A program made the position numbers and the translations under genes. The notes under the pieces are model-generated. The model was not told where the DNA came from. It saw only the letters and a program-made list of their open reading frames with translations, and made no database searches. Shown here piece by piece: positions 45,747 through 54,258 of a stretch of 64,000 nucleotides of DNA. Each line of letters begins with the position of its first letter. The first letter of the stretch is position 1. Origin of the DNA: a virus (lineage: Duplodnaviria; Heunggongvirae; Uroviricota; Caudoviricetes); IMG/VR virus record IMGVR_UViG_2974624538_000001, positions 46,771-110,770 of that record; one strand, written 5' to 3'.

Positions 45747-46031
45747 ATGCAATTCGAAAAGGCTCTGAAGGTTTGGGGTGCACAGCGACTTTCAAACTCC
45801 CACAGGACTGTCAACCCTGACATCGTTAAGGTTGAGATGGAGTTCAATGAGGGGTATGCTTGTTGTGGTGGCACTGACCCTGACTGTTATTGTTCGTACG
45901 CCGAGTCTCCATCTGCTAAGGTGGTTATTTCGGCGGGTAGGGTAAGGGATACCATTGACGTAGAAGATTTCGATTTTGCTGAGATTCTTGGTGAAATCGT
46001 AAAGGCTGCAAATGGTACTATTACCGAGTAA
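45747..46031 (+). CDS. hypothetical protein
   Basis: AGGAGGGAAC RBS. Confidence 0.45.
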   Translation: MQFEKALKVWGAQRLSNSHRTVNPDIVKVEMEFNEGYACCGGTDPDCYCSYAESPSAKVVISAGRVRDTIDVEDFDFAEILGEIVKAANGTITE

Positions 46032-46045
46032 GGGCTTCGGCCCCT

Positions 46046-46118
46046 GATTCGTTAGCTCAGTTGGTAGAGCGGGGAACTTTTAATTCCACGGTCCTCGGTT
46101 CGAGTCCGAGACGAATCA
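46046..46118 (+). tRNA. tRNA-Lys(TTT)
   Basis: acceptor GATTCGT/ACGAATC, D GCTC-AGTTGGTA-GAGC, anticodon loop CTTTTAA, T CTCGG-TTCGAGT-CCGAG. Confidence 0.75.
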
Positions 46119-46122
46119 CTAT

Positions 46123-46151
46123 TGACACTCAGTTGTCAATCATGTTAAGAT
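46123..46151 (+). promoter_or_regulatory. sigma70-like promoter TTGACA-N17-TAAGAT within inverted repeat TTGACA...TTGTCAA
   Basis: seen directly after tRNA-Lys. Confidence 0.4.
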
Positions 46152-46188
46152 GTTTGTACAATGCAACTTAAGCGAAAGGTAAGGACTA

Positions 46189-46422
46189 ATGCCTAATCTC
46201 GATTACAAGGCGGCACACCGATTTGTTCGTGAGCAGCGTCGCAGTGGAAATGATGTGCGTTGGGAAGGCTGGGATATGGTATTCTGGAAGCCTACTCGAC
46301 ACGGATTCACTAGCGTGAATGGTGCTTTCAAGAATGGACGTTGGGGTGTAGAATCCCGGATTTCCGTTAATGAAGACGGTGTGTGGATGGTCCCTAAGAA
46401 GAATGTCAAGACTACTCGATGA
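46189..46422 (+). CDS. hypothetical protein
   Basis: ORF. Confidence 0.4.
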   Translation: MPNLDYKAAHRFVREQRRSGNDVRWEGWDMVFWKPTRHGFTSVNGAFKNGRWGVESRISVNEDGVWMVPKKNVKTTR

Positions 46423-46711
46423 ACTAGGTCTCGACCCTGAGGATTTCGAATGGCAAGACTTGGCTCTGTGTTCTAATATGCCGACTTCTTTCTTCTATGA
46501 CAATTATGAGTCAGACCAAGAAACGGCAAAGGCCACAGACCAAGTTTGCCTTCGTTGTCCAGTACAAAAGCAGTGCTTTTTTGCCGGTGCGGGTGGAGAG
46601 CATGGAGTATGGGGCGGGGTCTATTGGAACGGTGCTGGAAAGCCCGACAAGAATAGAAACGCACACAAAACCGAAGAGGTTTGGAACGAAATACAGAGGA
46701 AGGTAACATGA
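46370..46711 (+). CDS. WhiB-like (Wbl) Fe-S transcription factor (start uncertain, 46370 or 46403)
   Basis: Cys pattern C...C..C.....C (ALCSN...VCLRCPVQKQC) and GVWGG turn motif. Confidence 0.6.
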   Translation: MKTVCGWSLRRMSRLLDELGLDPEDFEWQDLALCSNMPTSFFYDNYESDQETAKATDQVCLRCPVQKQCFFAGAGGEHGVWGGVYWNGAGKPDKNRNAHKTEEVWNEIQRKVT

Positions 46712-46968
46712 GTCTTTATACTCAAGAAGTACAAAAAGTATTTAAGACCATTAAGCCTCCGTATCCAAACTTTATCGTAGACATGGTAGAGTACCAAGAC
46801 TACCTTGCTTTGAGAGTTTACAAGGATAATATCGAATCGTTCAGCGACAATCAGAAGGTTGCGCTCGCTGAATATCTCTATCAACTAAGAGATGCAATTA
46901 GGTCCGAATGTAAATGCCACATTGAAGGAGTCGAAAATGCACCACCGTCTAGAGGAAGTACGAAATAA
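46708..46968 (+). CDS. hypothetical protein
   Basis: ATG with GAGGAAGG RBS inside the 46681 ORF. Confidence 0.4.
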   Translation: MSLYTQEVQKVFKTIKPPYPNFIVDMVEYQDYLALRVYKDNIESFSDNQKVALAEYLYQLRDAIRSECKCHIEGVENAPPSRGSTK

Positions 46969-47134
46969 CTATCCTCTGATTTACATTATCGAAGAAAGGG
47001 TGTGGGGTTTTCTGATTCAAGAGAACGCTTTCTTTTCTGAGGTGAGGTACAGCGTAGGTGGAATTGAATACAACACTTGTCTGGAAAATGATGAAATCTT
47101 TGTTCCAGACCAGATTGGATATGAGAAGGGTTAA
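46937..47134 (+). CDS. hypothetical protein
   Basis: ATG with GAAGGAG RBS inside the 46892 ORF. Confidence 0.35.
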   Translation: MHHRLEEVRNNYPLIYIIEERVWGFLIQENAFFSEVRYSVGGIEYNTCLENDEIFVPDQIGYEKG

Positions 47135-47373
47135 TGAGCCAGGCAGAATGCAGTTCATGCGGAAGACAGCATAATGACCTGAGAGCACATAGGTCAAAGT
47201 TGCTCATCGGAACAACGTTTCTTATGTGCCCAACCTGCCGGGCAGGAAAGATGGAGCCGAGATTTGCCATCATTCTTGCTGGCAGGTCACAGGGTGTAGA
47301 TGTCGTTTCCGAGTATGTAAAGAATAGGCGATATTGTGGGGCAGATATCCTCGCAAAGGAACTTATGGTCTAA
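47134..47373 (+). CDS. zinc-ribbon protein
   Basis: CSSCG...CPTC. Confidence 0.4.
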   Translation: MSQAECSSCGRQHNDLRAHRSKLLIGTTFLMCPTCRAGKMEPRFAIILAGRSQGVDVVSEYVKNRRYCGADILAKELMV

Positions 47374-47404
47374 CAACTAAAAATCGGCGGGTTTATCCCG
47401 CTAC

Positions 47405-47476
47405 CCCTGGTTAGCTAATTGGTAAAGCAAGCGGTTTATAGCCGAACGAATGTGGGTTCGAATCCCACACCAGGGA
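47405..47476 (+). tRNA. tRNA with anticodon loop TTTATAG, nominally Ile(TAT); weak anticodon stem
   Basis: acceptor CCCTGGT/ACCAGGG, D GCTA-ATTGGTAA-AGC, T GTGGG-TTCGAAT-CCCAC; only a 3-bp anticodon stem. Confidence 0.45.
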
Positions 47477-47518
47477 CAATGATTGGACATTTAAGCATGT
47501 CACAGTTATACTTTAATC

Positions 47519-47950
47519 ATGTCCAGACTAGTAAATCTAGCGAGGGCTGCTGCCGAAAAGCCTACTGAAGCTGTCGAATACATCATTGGTGTAGCCGTTC
47601 TTTTTGTGGGACTTTGGTTTGTTAGCCCTTTTTATGAGCCATCTACGTCTATTCAGTCTCAGATTTGGGAGAATGCACATATCCCCCGCTACACTGGTGC
47701 TGTTCAGGCTTTGGTGGCAGCAACATTGTTGTTTGCTCTGGTCAGGAAAAAGTGGACAAGGAGGCAAACGGTTCGTCGTCAGGCAACGTTTGCCATTTTT
47801 GTTCTTTACCTATTTTACGGCTTCTCTTCCACAATCATTCTAGGAATGGGGAGGGTGTCATGGATTGCCACATTTGCACTTGCACTAATTTCGGGTGTGG
47901 CACATCTGAGGTTGAAGTGGGAGGAGGGTGAAGCTAATGCCAGAAATTAA
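47519..47950 (+). CDS. membrane protein (4 predicted TM helices)
   Basis: hydrophobic segments. Confidence 0.45.
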   Translation: MSRLVNLARAAAEKPTEAVEYIIGVAVLFVGLWFVSPFYEPSTSIQSQIWENAHIPRYTGAVQALVAATLLFALVRKKWTRRQTVRRQATFAIFVLYLFYGFSSTIILGMGRVSWIATFALALISGVAHLRLKWEEGEANARN

Positions 47951-48236
47951 TCAGGCTTGGCTAGCCCTACTGGGAGCTTTGCTGGGTGGTTCGGGACTTA
48001 AATTCATTGAACATTGGCTAAATCGCTCGAAGGTTAAGGAAGATGCTGCTGCGCAAATGAGAACAGAGCTTCGTGATGAAATTAAGATTCTTCGTGAAGA
48101 ATTGCGTACGGTAGAAGACGAACTAGACAAGTGGCGTGGCAAGTATTACGAACTAATGGATGAGTTCATGAAGGCCAAGGGTGACCTTGCTGAAGCTCTG
48201 CGCAAAGCTCAAGAAAAGTCTAATGGTGATTCCTGA
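47928..48236 (+). CDS. membrane-anchored coiled-coil protein (holin/spanin-like topology)
   Basis: N-terminal TM (WLALLGALLGGSGL) followed by a charged coiled coil. Confidence 0.35.
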   Translation: MKLMPEINQAWLALLGALLGGSGLKFIEHWLNRSKVKEDAAAQMRTELRDEIKILREELRTVEDELDKWRGKYYELMDEFMKAKGDLAEALRKAQEKSNGDS

Positions 48237-48323
48237 CCTTAAAAGCGAGCGGAGCGCTATATCTCCGCATTTTATTTCTAAACGATTATATAGTAGAATA
48301 GTTACGAAAGGAGGTGCACAATT

Positions 48324-48599
48324 TTGGCCTTTTACGTCGTAAACTCATTCTATTACAATGAGGAAACTGGCAACATGTTCCTTTATCTGACAAAGCCTGC
48401 GGACGTTTCTTACGAACACTCACCTGAGTACGCAGCCGAGGATATTTTTGAAGCTCAGATTTTCCTTGATGGCGGTATTCAGCTCATTGGAAAGAACCGT
48501 CCACCATCTGAGGATGGTACAATTCCAGGAGGTATGTACGGTCGTACAGCTAGCCCTAGCGACGACACGGTTAACCCACTGGAAGATGCTCCAGAGTGA
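48324..48599 (+). CDS. hypothetical protein
   Basis: ORF. Confidence 0.4.
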   Translation: MAFYVVNSFYYNEETGNMFLYLTKPADVSYEHSPEYAAEDIFEAQIFLDGGIQLIGKNRPPSEDGTIPGGMYGRTASPSDDTVNPLEDAPE

Positions 48600-48602
48600 C
48601 GC

Positions 48603-48632
48603 TTGACAGACCCGTTGAGGTTCTGGTAAGGT
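48603..48632 (+). promoter_or_regulatory. sigma70-like promoter TTGACA-N18-TAAGGT
   Basis: upstream of tRNA-Glu. Confidence 0.4.
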
Positions 48633-48674
48633 ATTAAGTACAAGGTAAGGCAACCGCCCAAGAGTTGCCAACAT

Positions 48675-48750
48675 GCTCCGGTGGTCTAGTCTGGTCTAGG
48701 ATACTTGACTCTCAATCAAGAGGACACGGGTTCGAATCCCGTTCGGAGTA
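48675..48750 (+). tRNA. tRNA-Glu(CTC)
   Basis: acceptor GCTCCGG/TCGGAGT, anticodon arm CTTGA-CTCTCAA-TCAAG, T ACGGG-TTCGAAT-CCCGT. Confidence 0.6.
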
Positions 48751-48898
48751 CAAATCGGTTCTGGTTGTATAGGGTAAAACGGTTGCAACCAATCCAGAAC
48801 TGGTCTAGGCTCAGTAGGTAACATTACGAACCCTCAATAGCCGACTCTAGACTTACAGCATGAGGGTGAATATCCAAAATGCTGTAAGATAGAGACAC

Positions 48899-48973
48899 GC
48901 CCCATTAGTCTAGCGGCCTAGGATTCCGGATTTTCACTCCGCGAGAACGTCGGTTCGAATCCGACATGGGGTA
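48899..48973 (+). tRNA. tRNA-Glu(TTC)
   Basis: acceptor GCCCCAT/ATGGGGT, anticodon arm CCGGA-TTTTCAC-TCCGC, T GTCGG-TTCGAAT-CCGAC. Confidence 0.65.
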
Positions 48974-48974
48974 C

Positions 48975-49160
48975 ATGAATTTAACTCCAAGAGCAAAATG
49001 GAACAGAGGAAGTAGAGTTTACTCTCAGATTCATGGAGCAAACGCTACTGTTGTTGCTGTTGACACTGACAATGCAGTTCCTATTTATATCATCAGGGTT
49101 GATGGTGCCACGAAGGATAGCTATAACGTTTACGAACGTCAGCTAAGAAATCCAAAGTAA
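48975..49160 (+). CDS. small KOW-like protein
   Basis: RGSRVYSQIHGANATVVAV pattern; ATG placed after the tRNA. Confidence 0.4.
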   Translation: MNLTPRAKWNRGSRVYSQIHGANATVVAVDTDNAVPIYIIRVDGATKDSYNVYERQLRNPK

Positions 49161-49180
49161 AATCTGGGCTTCGGCCCTAT

Positions 49181-49254
49181 TCCGGCGTAGTGAAATGGTA
49201 TCACGCAACTTTGCCAAAGTTGTAGCGCGAGTTCGATTCTCGTCGCCGGGACCA
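49181..49254 (+). tRNA. tRNA-Gly(GCC), CCA encoded
   Basis: acceptor TCCGGCG/CGCCGGG, D GTGA-AATGGTA-TCAC, anticodon arm CAACT-TTGCCAA-AGTTG, 3' ACCA. Confidence 0.75.
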
Positions 49255-49255
49255 C

Positions 49256-49300
49256 AAGCAGTCACACCGGGTAAAGCCGCACTGACTGCTTCTTTTTTAT
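49256..49300 (+). terminator. rho-independent terminator
   Basis: AAGCAGTCA...TGACTGCTT followed by TCTTTTTTAT. Confidence 0.6.
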
Positions 49301-49325
49301 CCATTTAACATAGTTAGGATTAAGA

Positions 49326-49847
49326 ATGATTCAGATGGGTGTTCGAGTTCGCGTCAAGGACAATTACGCTGGTGGACTTGACAACGTGGTGGGTCGCACT
49401 GGTAAGGTTCTTCGTGGAACTGCTGATGGTCTCTACCTTCTTGACATCAAGGGGAAGCGTAAGGCTTCTTGGGGTGACTACACGTATGAGCGTGAGGTTA
49501 TCGTTGAAGAGCACGAGGTTGAGGCTGTTGATTTTGAAATCAAGGATTCTCAGGGGCGCAAGATTGAGCTTGGTGATAAGATTGCTTACGGTCCTCTTGG
49601 TGGTGGTGTGACGATTGGTACGGTCGTAGATATTGACGAGCGTGGAGACGGCTGGAATCGTGCGGTGAAGTTCCGTCTTGAAACCAAGAGTCGTGAGTTT
49701 TTCTCTGATGGCGGAGACAGGACCATCGATGGGGCCAACGTGACCACTTATCGATGGTATGCACATCCCGGTCGGTGTGTTATTCTTGAGAAGAATCCCA
49801 TTAACCGGGACGTTTTTGAACTTCGCTCTGTTCCTGTCGCCTTCTGA
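49326..49847 (+). CDS. hypothetical protein with KOW-like N-terminus
   Basis: VRVRVKDNYAGGLDNVVGRTGKV. Confidence 0.45.
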   Translation: MIQMGVRVRVKDNYAGGLDNVVGRTGKVLRGTADGLYLLDIKGKRKASWGDYTYEREVIVEEHEVEAVDFEIKDSQGRKIELGDKIAYGPLGGGVTIGTVVDIDERGDGWNRAVKFRLETKSREFFSDGGDRTIDGANVTTYRWYAHPGRCVILEKNPINRDVFELRSVPVAF

Positions 49848-49848
49848 G

Positions 49849-49879
49849 GTTGACGAGACAGCGCAACATGTGTTAGTAT
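49849..49879 (+). promoter_or_regulatory. sigma70-like promoter TTGACG-N19-TAGTAT driving Y RNA-like element 7
   Basis: -10 hexamer ends about 6 nt before the Y RNA 5' end. Confidence 0.5.
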
Positions 49880-49884
49880 AGATA

Positions 49885-49970
49885 CATCGGGTCGGAGGAA
49901 AGACGGTTATCTTTCATTTGGCGAAAATCGCGGGAATGCCCGCTTTCCGTCTTCCACACCATATCCGATG
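49885..49970 (+). ncRNA. Y RNA-like element 7
   Basis: CATCGGGTCGGAGG...GGTTATCT...CCATATCCGATG terminal stem, inner stem GGAAAGACGG/CCGTCTTCC, hairpin GCGGGaatgCCCGC. Confidence 0.6.
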
Positions 49971-49974
49971 TAAT

Positions 49975-50047
49975 GCGGGTGTAACTCAATTGGCAGAGTG
50001 CTAGCCTTCCAAGCTAGATGTTGCCGGTTCGACCCCGGTCACCCGCT
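49975..50047 (+). tRNA. tRNA-Gly(TCC)
   Basis: acceptor GCGGGTG/CACCCGC with U73, D ACTC-AATTGGCA-GAGT, anticodon arm CTAGC-CTTCCAA-GCTAG. Confidence 0.75.
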
Positions 50048-50059
50048 CGGAACGAATAC

Positions 50060-50090
50060 CCCGCTAGTAAAAACTGGCGGGGTTTCGTTA
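50060..50090 (+). terminator. rho-independent terminator
   Basis: CCCCGCtagtaaaaactgGCGGGGTTTCGTTATTT. Confidence 0.55.
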
Positions 50091-50111
50091 TTTCTATGGT
50101 AAGATGGAGTC

Positions 50112-50309
50112 ATGGAAGAAATCGTATCCTACAGCTTTGCTGTAGACATTTACAAGAACGACTCTGGAACATTCACTTATGGTGTTTTCCAAGAGTTGGA
50201 GTCAGACGAAGAGGATGAGCTACAGTTGCTTGAGACTGGCGAGGCTGATACACTAGCCGAAGCAGCAGAGATTGCAGGACGTAGTATCAAGACTCTTTTC
50301 GCAGTCTGA
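50112..50309 (+). CDS. hypothetical acidic protein
   Basis: ORF. Confidence 0.4.
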   Translation: MEEIVSYSFAVDIYKNDSGTFTYGVFQELESDEEDELQLLETGEADTLAEAAEIAGRSIKTLFAV

Positions 50310-50351
50310 AATTTTCCGGCAAATTTTGTCGGGGGTTCGTAAAGGACCCAA

Positions 50352-50423
50352 TCCCCCTTAGTGTAATTGGCAGCACAACGGATTTTGGTTCCGTTAGTTC
50401 GAGTTCGAGTCTCGCCGGGGGAG
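50352..50423 (+). tRNA. tRNA-Gln(TTG)
   Basis: acceptor TCCCCCT/CGGGGGA (one mismatch), D GTGT-AATTGGCA-GCAC, anticodon arm ACGGA-TTTTGGT-TCCGT. Confidence 0.6.
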
Positions 50424-50447
50424 CAACCATAACAAAAGGAGAATGTA

Positions 50448-50684
50448 ATGGTTATCGCAGCAATTGTTATTTGGGTTATTGGGCTGCTCATGGCCCTTGT
50501 TGCTGGCTTCGGCTTTACGCTTGAAACGGAGCCTCACGACACGGAAGAGTTTGAGAAGTATTACAAGTCATGGGGCGGAACGCGATTCTACACCCTGTGG
50601 TTTATTGCCCTTCTCATTCTGGCCGTCATTTGGCCTATCGCCCTGGTCTCTCTTTGGATTGTCGCTCTTATCAAGGGATGGTAG
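50448..50684 (+). CDS. membrane protein
   Basis: TM helices. Confidence 0.45.
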   Translation: MVIAAIVIWVIGLLMALVAGFGFTLETEPHDTEEFEKYYKSWGGTRFYTLWFIALLILAVIWPIALVSLWIVALIKGW

Positions 50685-50685
50685 A

Positions 50686-50901
50686 ATGATTTTCCTGTGG
50701 ATTTATCTCATTGGGTTGATTGTCTGTCTCTTGGGTGGTACGGTTACAGCACTGTACGAGAAGCGCAAGTTTGATGAGAACAATGTTTCCAAGAGTGCAT
50801 GGGGTTCTATCATCCTGTATGCTGTTTGGTGGCCGCTTCTAGTGTTTCTCTATATTATTTGCCTTCCTTTCGAGATTATAGATAAGCGGAAGGGACGCTA
50901 A
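50686..50901 (+). CDS. membrane protein
   Basis: TM helices; ATG at 50686. Confidence 0.4.
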   Translation: MIFLWIYLIGLIVCLLGGTVTALYEKRKFDENNVSKSAWGSIILYAVWWPLLVFLYIICLPFEIIDKRKGR

Positions 50902-50949
50902 TGAAATGGGGGGTTCGCCCCCAAGCTTCCATTACAAAAGGAGAAGATA

Positions 50950-51405
50950 ATGGATATTCTGTTCTGGATTTGGGTAGTACCGGCCGGATTCTTCACTACA
51001 CTTTTCCTGCTGATTGTACTATTCGCATCACTGATTAACATTCAGACAGGTGCTGTTTTCGGCGGGCTTGCTATTGGAATTTTTGGTCCGCCTGTTGCTG
51101 TTGCTCTAGGTGTTCTTTGGCCGGTTACTTGGCCTCTCTTTTCCCTTCTTGGCAAGTTGGATGAAAAGCGAACCGAAAAGCGCAATCAGGAGTATGAGAA
51201 GAGACTTGCCAAGGGAAAGAATTACGGTAAGTTGATGAGGATTACCGAGAGCCATCCTCATCTTCCCGATGAGTACCTTGGCGCTATCGTAAAGATTGTT
51301 CAATGGCATGAGCCTGGAAGGCACAATGCTTATGTTGAGTTTGTTGACCAGAGCATTCGTCCTGGTCGATTCTATTGGCGACACTCCATGATGGAGGAAG
51401 TCTGA
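50950..51405 (+). CDS. membrane protein
   Basis: TM helices; hairpin+AAGCTT+AAGGAGAAG upstream. Confidence 0.45.
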   Translation: MDILFWIWVVPAGFFTTLFLLIVLFASLINIQTGAVFGGLAIGIFGPPVAVALGVLWPVTWPLFSLLGKLDEKRTEKRNQEYEKRLAKGKNYGKLMRITESHPHLPDEYLGAIVKIVQWHEPGRHNAYVEFVDQSIRPGRFYWRHSMMEEV

Positions 51406-51447
51406 TAGAATGGGACTTCGGTCCCAAGCTTCCTGAAAGGAGATGTT

Positions 51448-51747
51448 ATGGGATGGGTGTTGGCCGTTGCTATCGTTGCTGCACTATGGTACCGTAGCAA
51501 CTACAAGGGCGCGATGAAAATGTATGAGCATGAAAAGATGCTCAACCGGCTCGCTCAGGGAGAGAATTACCGCAGGCTTGTGGGATTTACTCACAATGGT
51601 AGGAAGTATGAGGCAAGGATTCGGCGCTGGAATGTTGACGAAGCCGGGCCGGATATGGCAGAGTTGTGGTGTGTCGAAGGGTCCAATCCTGACGGATGGA
51701 CTCAATTCTTTCTATGGAACAAGAGTGACCTCAAGTTTCTTGACTAA
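51448..51747 (+). CDS. hypothetical protein (N-terminal TM)
   Basis: ORF. Confidence 0.45.
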   Translation: MGWVLAVAIVAALWYRSNYKGAMKMYEHEKMLNRLAQGENYRRLVGFTHNGRKYEARIRRWNVDEAGPDMAELWCVEGSNPDGWTQFFLWNKSDLKFLD

Positions 51748-51789
51748 GAATTCTGCCCGAAAGGGCAAGCTTTATCGTAAGGAGGAAGT

Positions 51790-52038
51790 ATGACCGCTTG
51801 GATTATGGGAATCTATTTCGTTGGTTTCGGTCTCTGTTTCCTGTTTCTGCTGATGATGGCGGGGATTGGTAATAGCCCTGGCCTTGGCAGCGGACTTGGT
51901 TCTGAGGCAGTAACATTCGTAATGCTCGGTTCCTTTCTGTGGCCTGTGCTTCTTGTAATTTCAATTATGGCTGGTGGCTGGATGGCCATTAAGCGAATGC
52001 TTGGAAAGGAAAAGAATGGACTTCGTAACACTGCATGA
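51790..52038 (+). CDS. membrane protein
   Basis: TM helices. Confidence 0.45.
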   Translation: MTAWIMGIYFVGFGLCFLFLLMMAGIGNSPGLGSGLGSEAVTFVMLGSFLWPVLLVISIMAGGWMAIKRMLGKEKNGLRNTA

Positions 52039-52630
52039 AATGATTCCTCGGGCTACCGGAGATAAACTTCATGTGATGGAAATGAAGCCATATCCTAACA
52101 TTACCCTCGCCATGCCGGGAAGACATCAGAATGATACTGACCCGGTTGGCGGGGATTTTGTTGTTATGGTAGACAGTAAGTCAAAGGGGTGGGTAAAGCA
52201 TCAATTTACTCATGGTGACCTATGGCACGACCTTGAATACAAGTTTGAAACAGACCCTACCGGAGCTAAGTTTCTCATGGTAGACTATGCCAAGGTTGTT
52301 AGAGGAGAAGACCCTAATGCACGTGGATGGGATTTTCAGCGCGGCGGATTTGATGGCGAAGTTGAAGACCCGTGGGCAAAAAGCCTACATCCTCAAACAT
52401 TTTTGTACGCCGTTCAGTGCCTCGCTGTGGCTGAGCACAGACGCTACTGGAAGCATGAACGAGACGGGGGCGGAAGGTACTTGCCAGCACGCTTCTCGGT
52501 TGGTATTGTAGAAGGCAAATGGACAGCCAAGGATGCTGAAGCCTTTCAGTACCGTGGTAGACAGGGACTCGAAAATCTGATTAAGGAAAAGGGTCGTCCA
52601 ACTTCTCTAAAGAAGTTTGCTGAAGGATAA
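52016..52630 (+). CDS. hypothetical protein
   Basis: internal ATG of the 51974 ORF. Confidence 0.4.
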   Translation: MDFVTLHEMIPRATGDKLHVMEMKPYPNITLAMPGRHQNDTDPVGGDFVVMVDSKSKGWVKHQFTHGDLWHDLEYKFETDPTGAKFLMVDYAKVVRGEDPNARGWDFQRGGFDGEVEDPWAKSLHPQTFLYAVQCLAVAEHRRYWKHERDGGGRYLPARFSVGIVEGKWTAKDAEAFQYRGRQGLENLIKEKGRPTSLKKFAEG

Positions 52631-52690
52631 TTTTCTGGCAAATTTCTGAAAGGGTTCGTAAAGAGCCCTTTCAAGCTGTATACTAGACCT

Positions 52691-52960
52691 ATGAGAGATA
52701 TTTGCGAAGAACTAGCGCACTGGTTTTTGGTGCATGATTACAAATGGAAGTTTGATTATGGCCACGGAAATCCAGATGCGGATGACATTGAGGCAGTAAT
52801 CAATAGGGCAATGCAATTGCTCAGTGTTGAAGAAACAGACACCAGACTTGAAGTTGGTAGGCTAATCTTCATGAAGAATGCTGAGCTTGGTCTGGTAGAC
52901 ATTTATGTTCATGCTGGTACTATTGAGGAGAATTCACTAAATGAGGACAGCGACGTTTGA
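52691..52960 (+). CDS. hypothetical protein
   Basis: ORF. Confidence 0.4.
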   Translation: MRDICEELAHWFLVHDYKWKFDYGHGNPDADDIEAVINRAMQLLSVEETDTRLEVGRLIFMKNAELGLVDIYVHAGTIEENSLNEDSDV

Positions 52961-53363
52961 CTACACTGAGATGGCCGTAGTTGACAGCAGCTTTATTGAT
53001 GCTGTTTACTACAACACCGGGACCAGTGAACTGGCGGTTTCAATGCTTAATGGCGACACTCACTTTTACGCTGATGTCCCCGCTCGCGTTTTTTACGACA
53101 TGGTTGACGGCCCTTCCGCTGGTGCTGCCTATAACCGAGAGGTTAAGGACCAGTACACAAACATTGCGGGTGGCCCGGTCCATGAGGTACAGTTTGTTGA
53201 GCACGAGGTTGGTGTAACCAAGAGGTTCAACGTAAAGGCTGTGGTAGAATTTCAGCAGTGGTTCGATGCTGAATCTGCTGCGGACGCTGCCAGGCAAATG
53301 GAGAAGTACATGGCTCCAAACTATGGTAGTGTATCAATTACGGAGGTTAAGGAAGTTGGGTGA
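52941..53363 (+). CDS. hypothetical protein
   Basis: ORF. Confidence 0.45.
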   Translation: MRTATFDYTEMAVVDSSFIDAVYYNTGTSELAVSMLNGDTHFYADVPARVFYDMVDGPSAGAAYNREVKDQYTNIAGGPVHEVQFVEHEVGVTKRFNVKAVVEFQQWFDAESAADAARQMEKYMAPNYGSVSITEVKEVG

Positions 53364-53667
53364 GGTTCGTAAGGTCCGTACACTAACGGAACTTCACGAA
53401 ATCATGAACGACAATGATAAGGTCGTTCTCGACTTGGCCGCACCATCTTGGTGTGTTCCATGTCAGCGACTTGCACCGCATTTCGCTAAGGCTGCTGAAA
53501 AGTCAGATGCAGCATTCGTTGAGGTAGATATTGAGGATGCCGAACAGGCAATTCTTGACACCTACCCAACACAGTCAGTTCCTACTGTTTTGCTCTTGCA
53601 GAGTGGTGAACCAACTGTTACGCTTAAGGGACGCACTTCAGTGGCGCTTCTTAAGGAGATTGCATAA
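53359..53667 (+). CDS. thioredoxin
   Basis: WCVPCQ active site; proposed TTG start at 53359 after GGAGG; the longer ORF-track start at 53266 would overlap the upstream gene. Confidence 0.65.
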   Translation, partial: GEVRKVRTLTELHEIMNDNDKVVLDLAAPSWCVPCQRLAPHFAKAAEKSDAAFVEVDIEDAEQAILDTYPTQSVPTVLLLQSGEPTVTLKGRTSVALLKEIA

Positions 53668-53730
53668 TCTCAGCGGGTGTCGTAAGACGCCCGCAAGCTT
53701 CCTATAAACATACAGAAAAGGATTAGGAAA

Positions 53731-53967
53731 ATGACTGAGTTCACCGCTGAGCAGGAAGCCCAGAGCCGCGAGTTTGTTAAGACTGCTGCGCTTGCCGCTG
53801 TTCACATCAACGCCGTCAACGAGGCTGTTAAGCTCGGTGACATGGACCTTCTTCAGGGAAGTCTTGAGTTTGGTGAGAAGATTTCCGAGACGATTCTTTC
53901 TCAGATTCCTGAGGATGTTCGCATGGAGGTTCTTCTTGAACTGCTTGGTTCCGCACTGAATCTCTGA
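53731..53967 (+). CDS. hypothetical protein
   Basis: ORF after hairpin+AAGCTT. Confidence 0.45.
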   Translation: MTEFTAEQEAQSREFVKTAALAAVHINAVNEAVKLGDMDLLQGSLEFGEKISETILSQIPEDVRMEVLLELLGSALNL

Positions 53968-54015
53968 TGTTGCAGTACAATTGGGCTAGGGGAGAAATCC
54001 CCTAGCCTTTTTGTA

Positions 54016-54255
54016 TTGGAGGAAGCTTACATGTCCATTGAATCATGGGAGAATGAAGGAGGATATGTTCAAATGACTCATTCCTATTATGACCGAATGG
54101 GTTTTGAAGAGACGCATGAAGGTAGTCAGACAGACTGTCCAACCAAGCAATGTCGTAAGGAACGTGCGTATTTTCGCCGGATTCCCAGCATTGACCCTTG
54201 GCCAGATGGCTCTGGACCGTACGGCACTGACCCGTGGATGCAGGAGGGTATCTAG
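54016..54255 (+). CDS. hypothetical protein
   Basis: ORF. Confidence 0.4.
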   Translation: MEEAYMSIESWENEGGYVQMTHSYYDRMGFEETHEGSQTDCPTKQCRKERAYFRRIPSIDPWPDGSGPYGTDPWMQEGI

Positions 54256-54258
54256 AAA

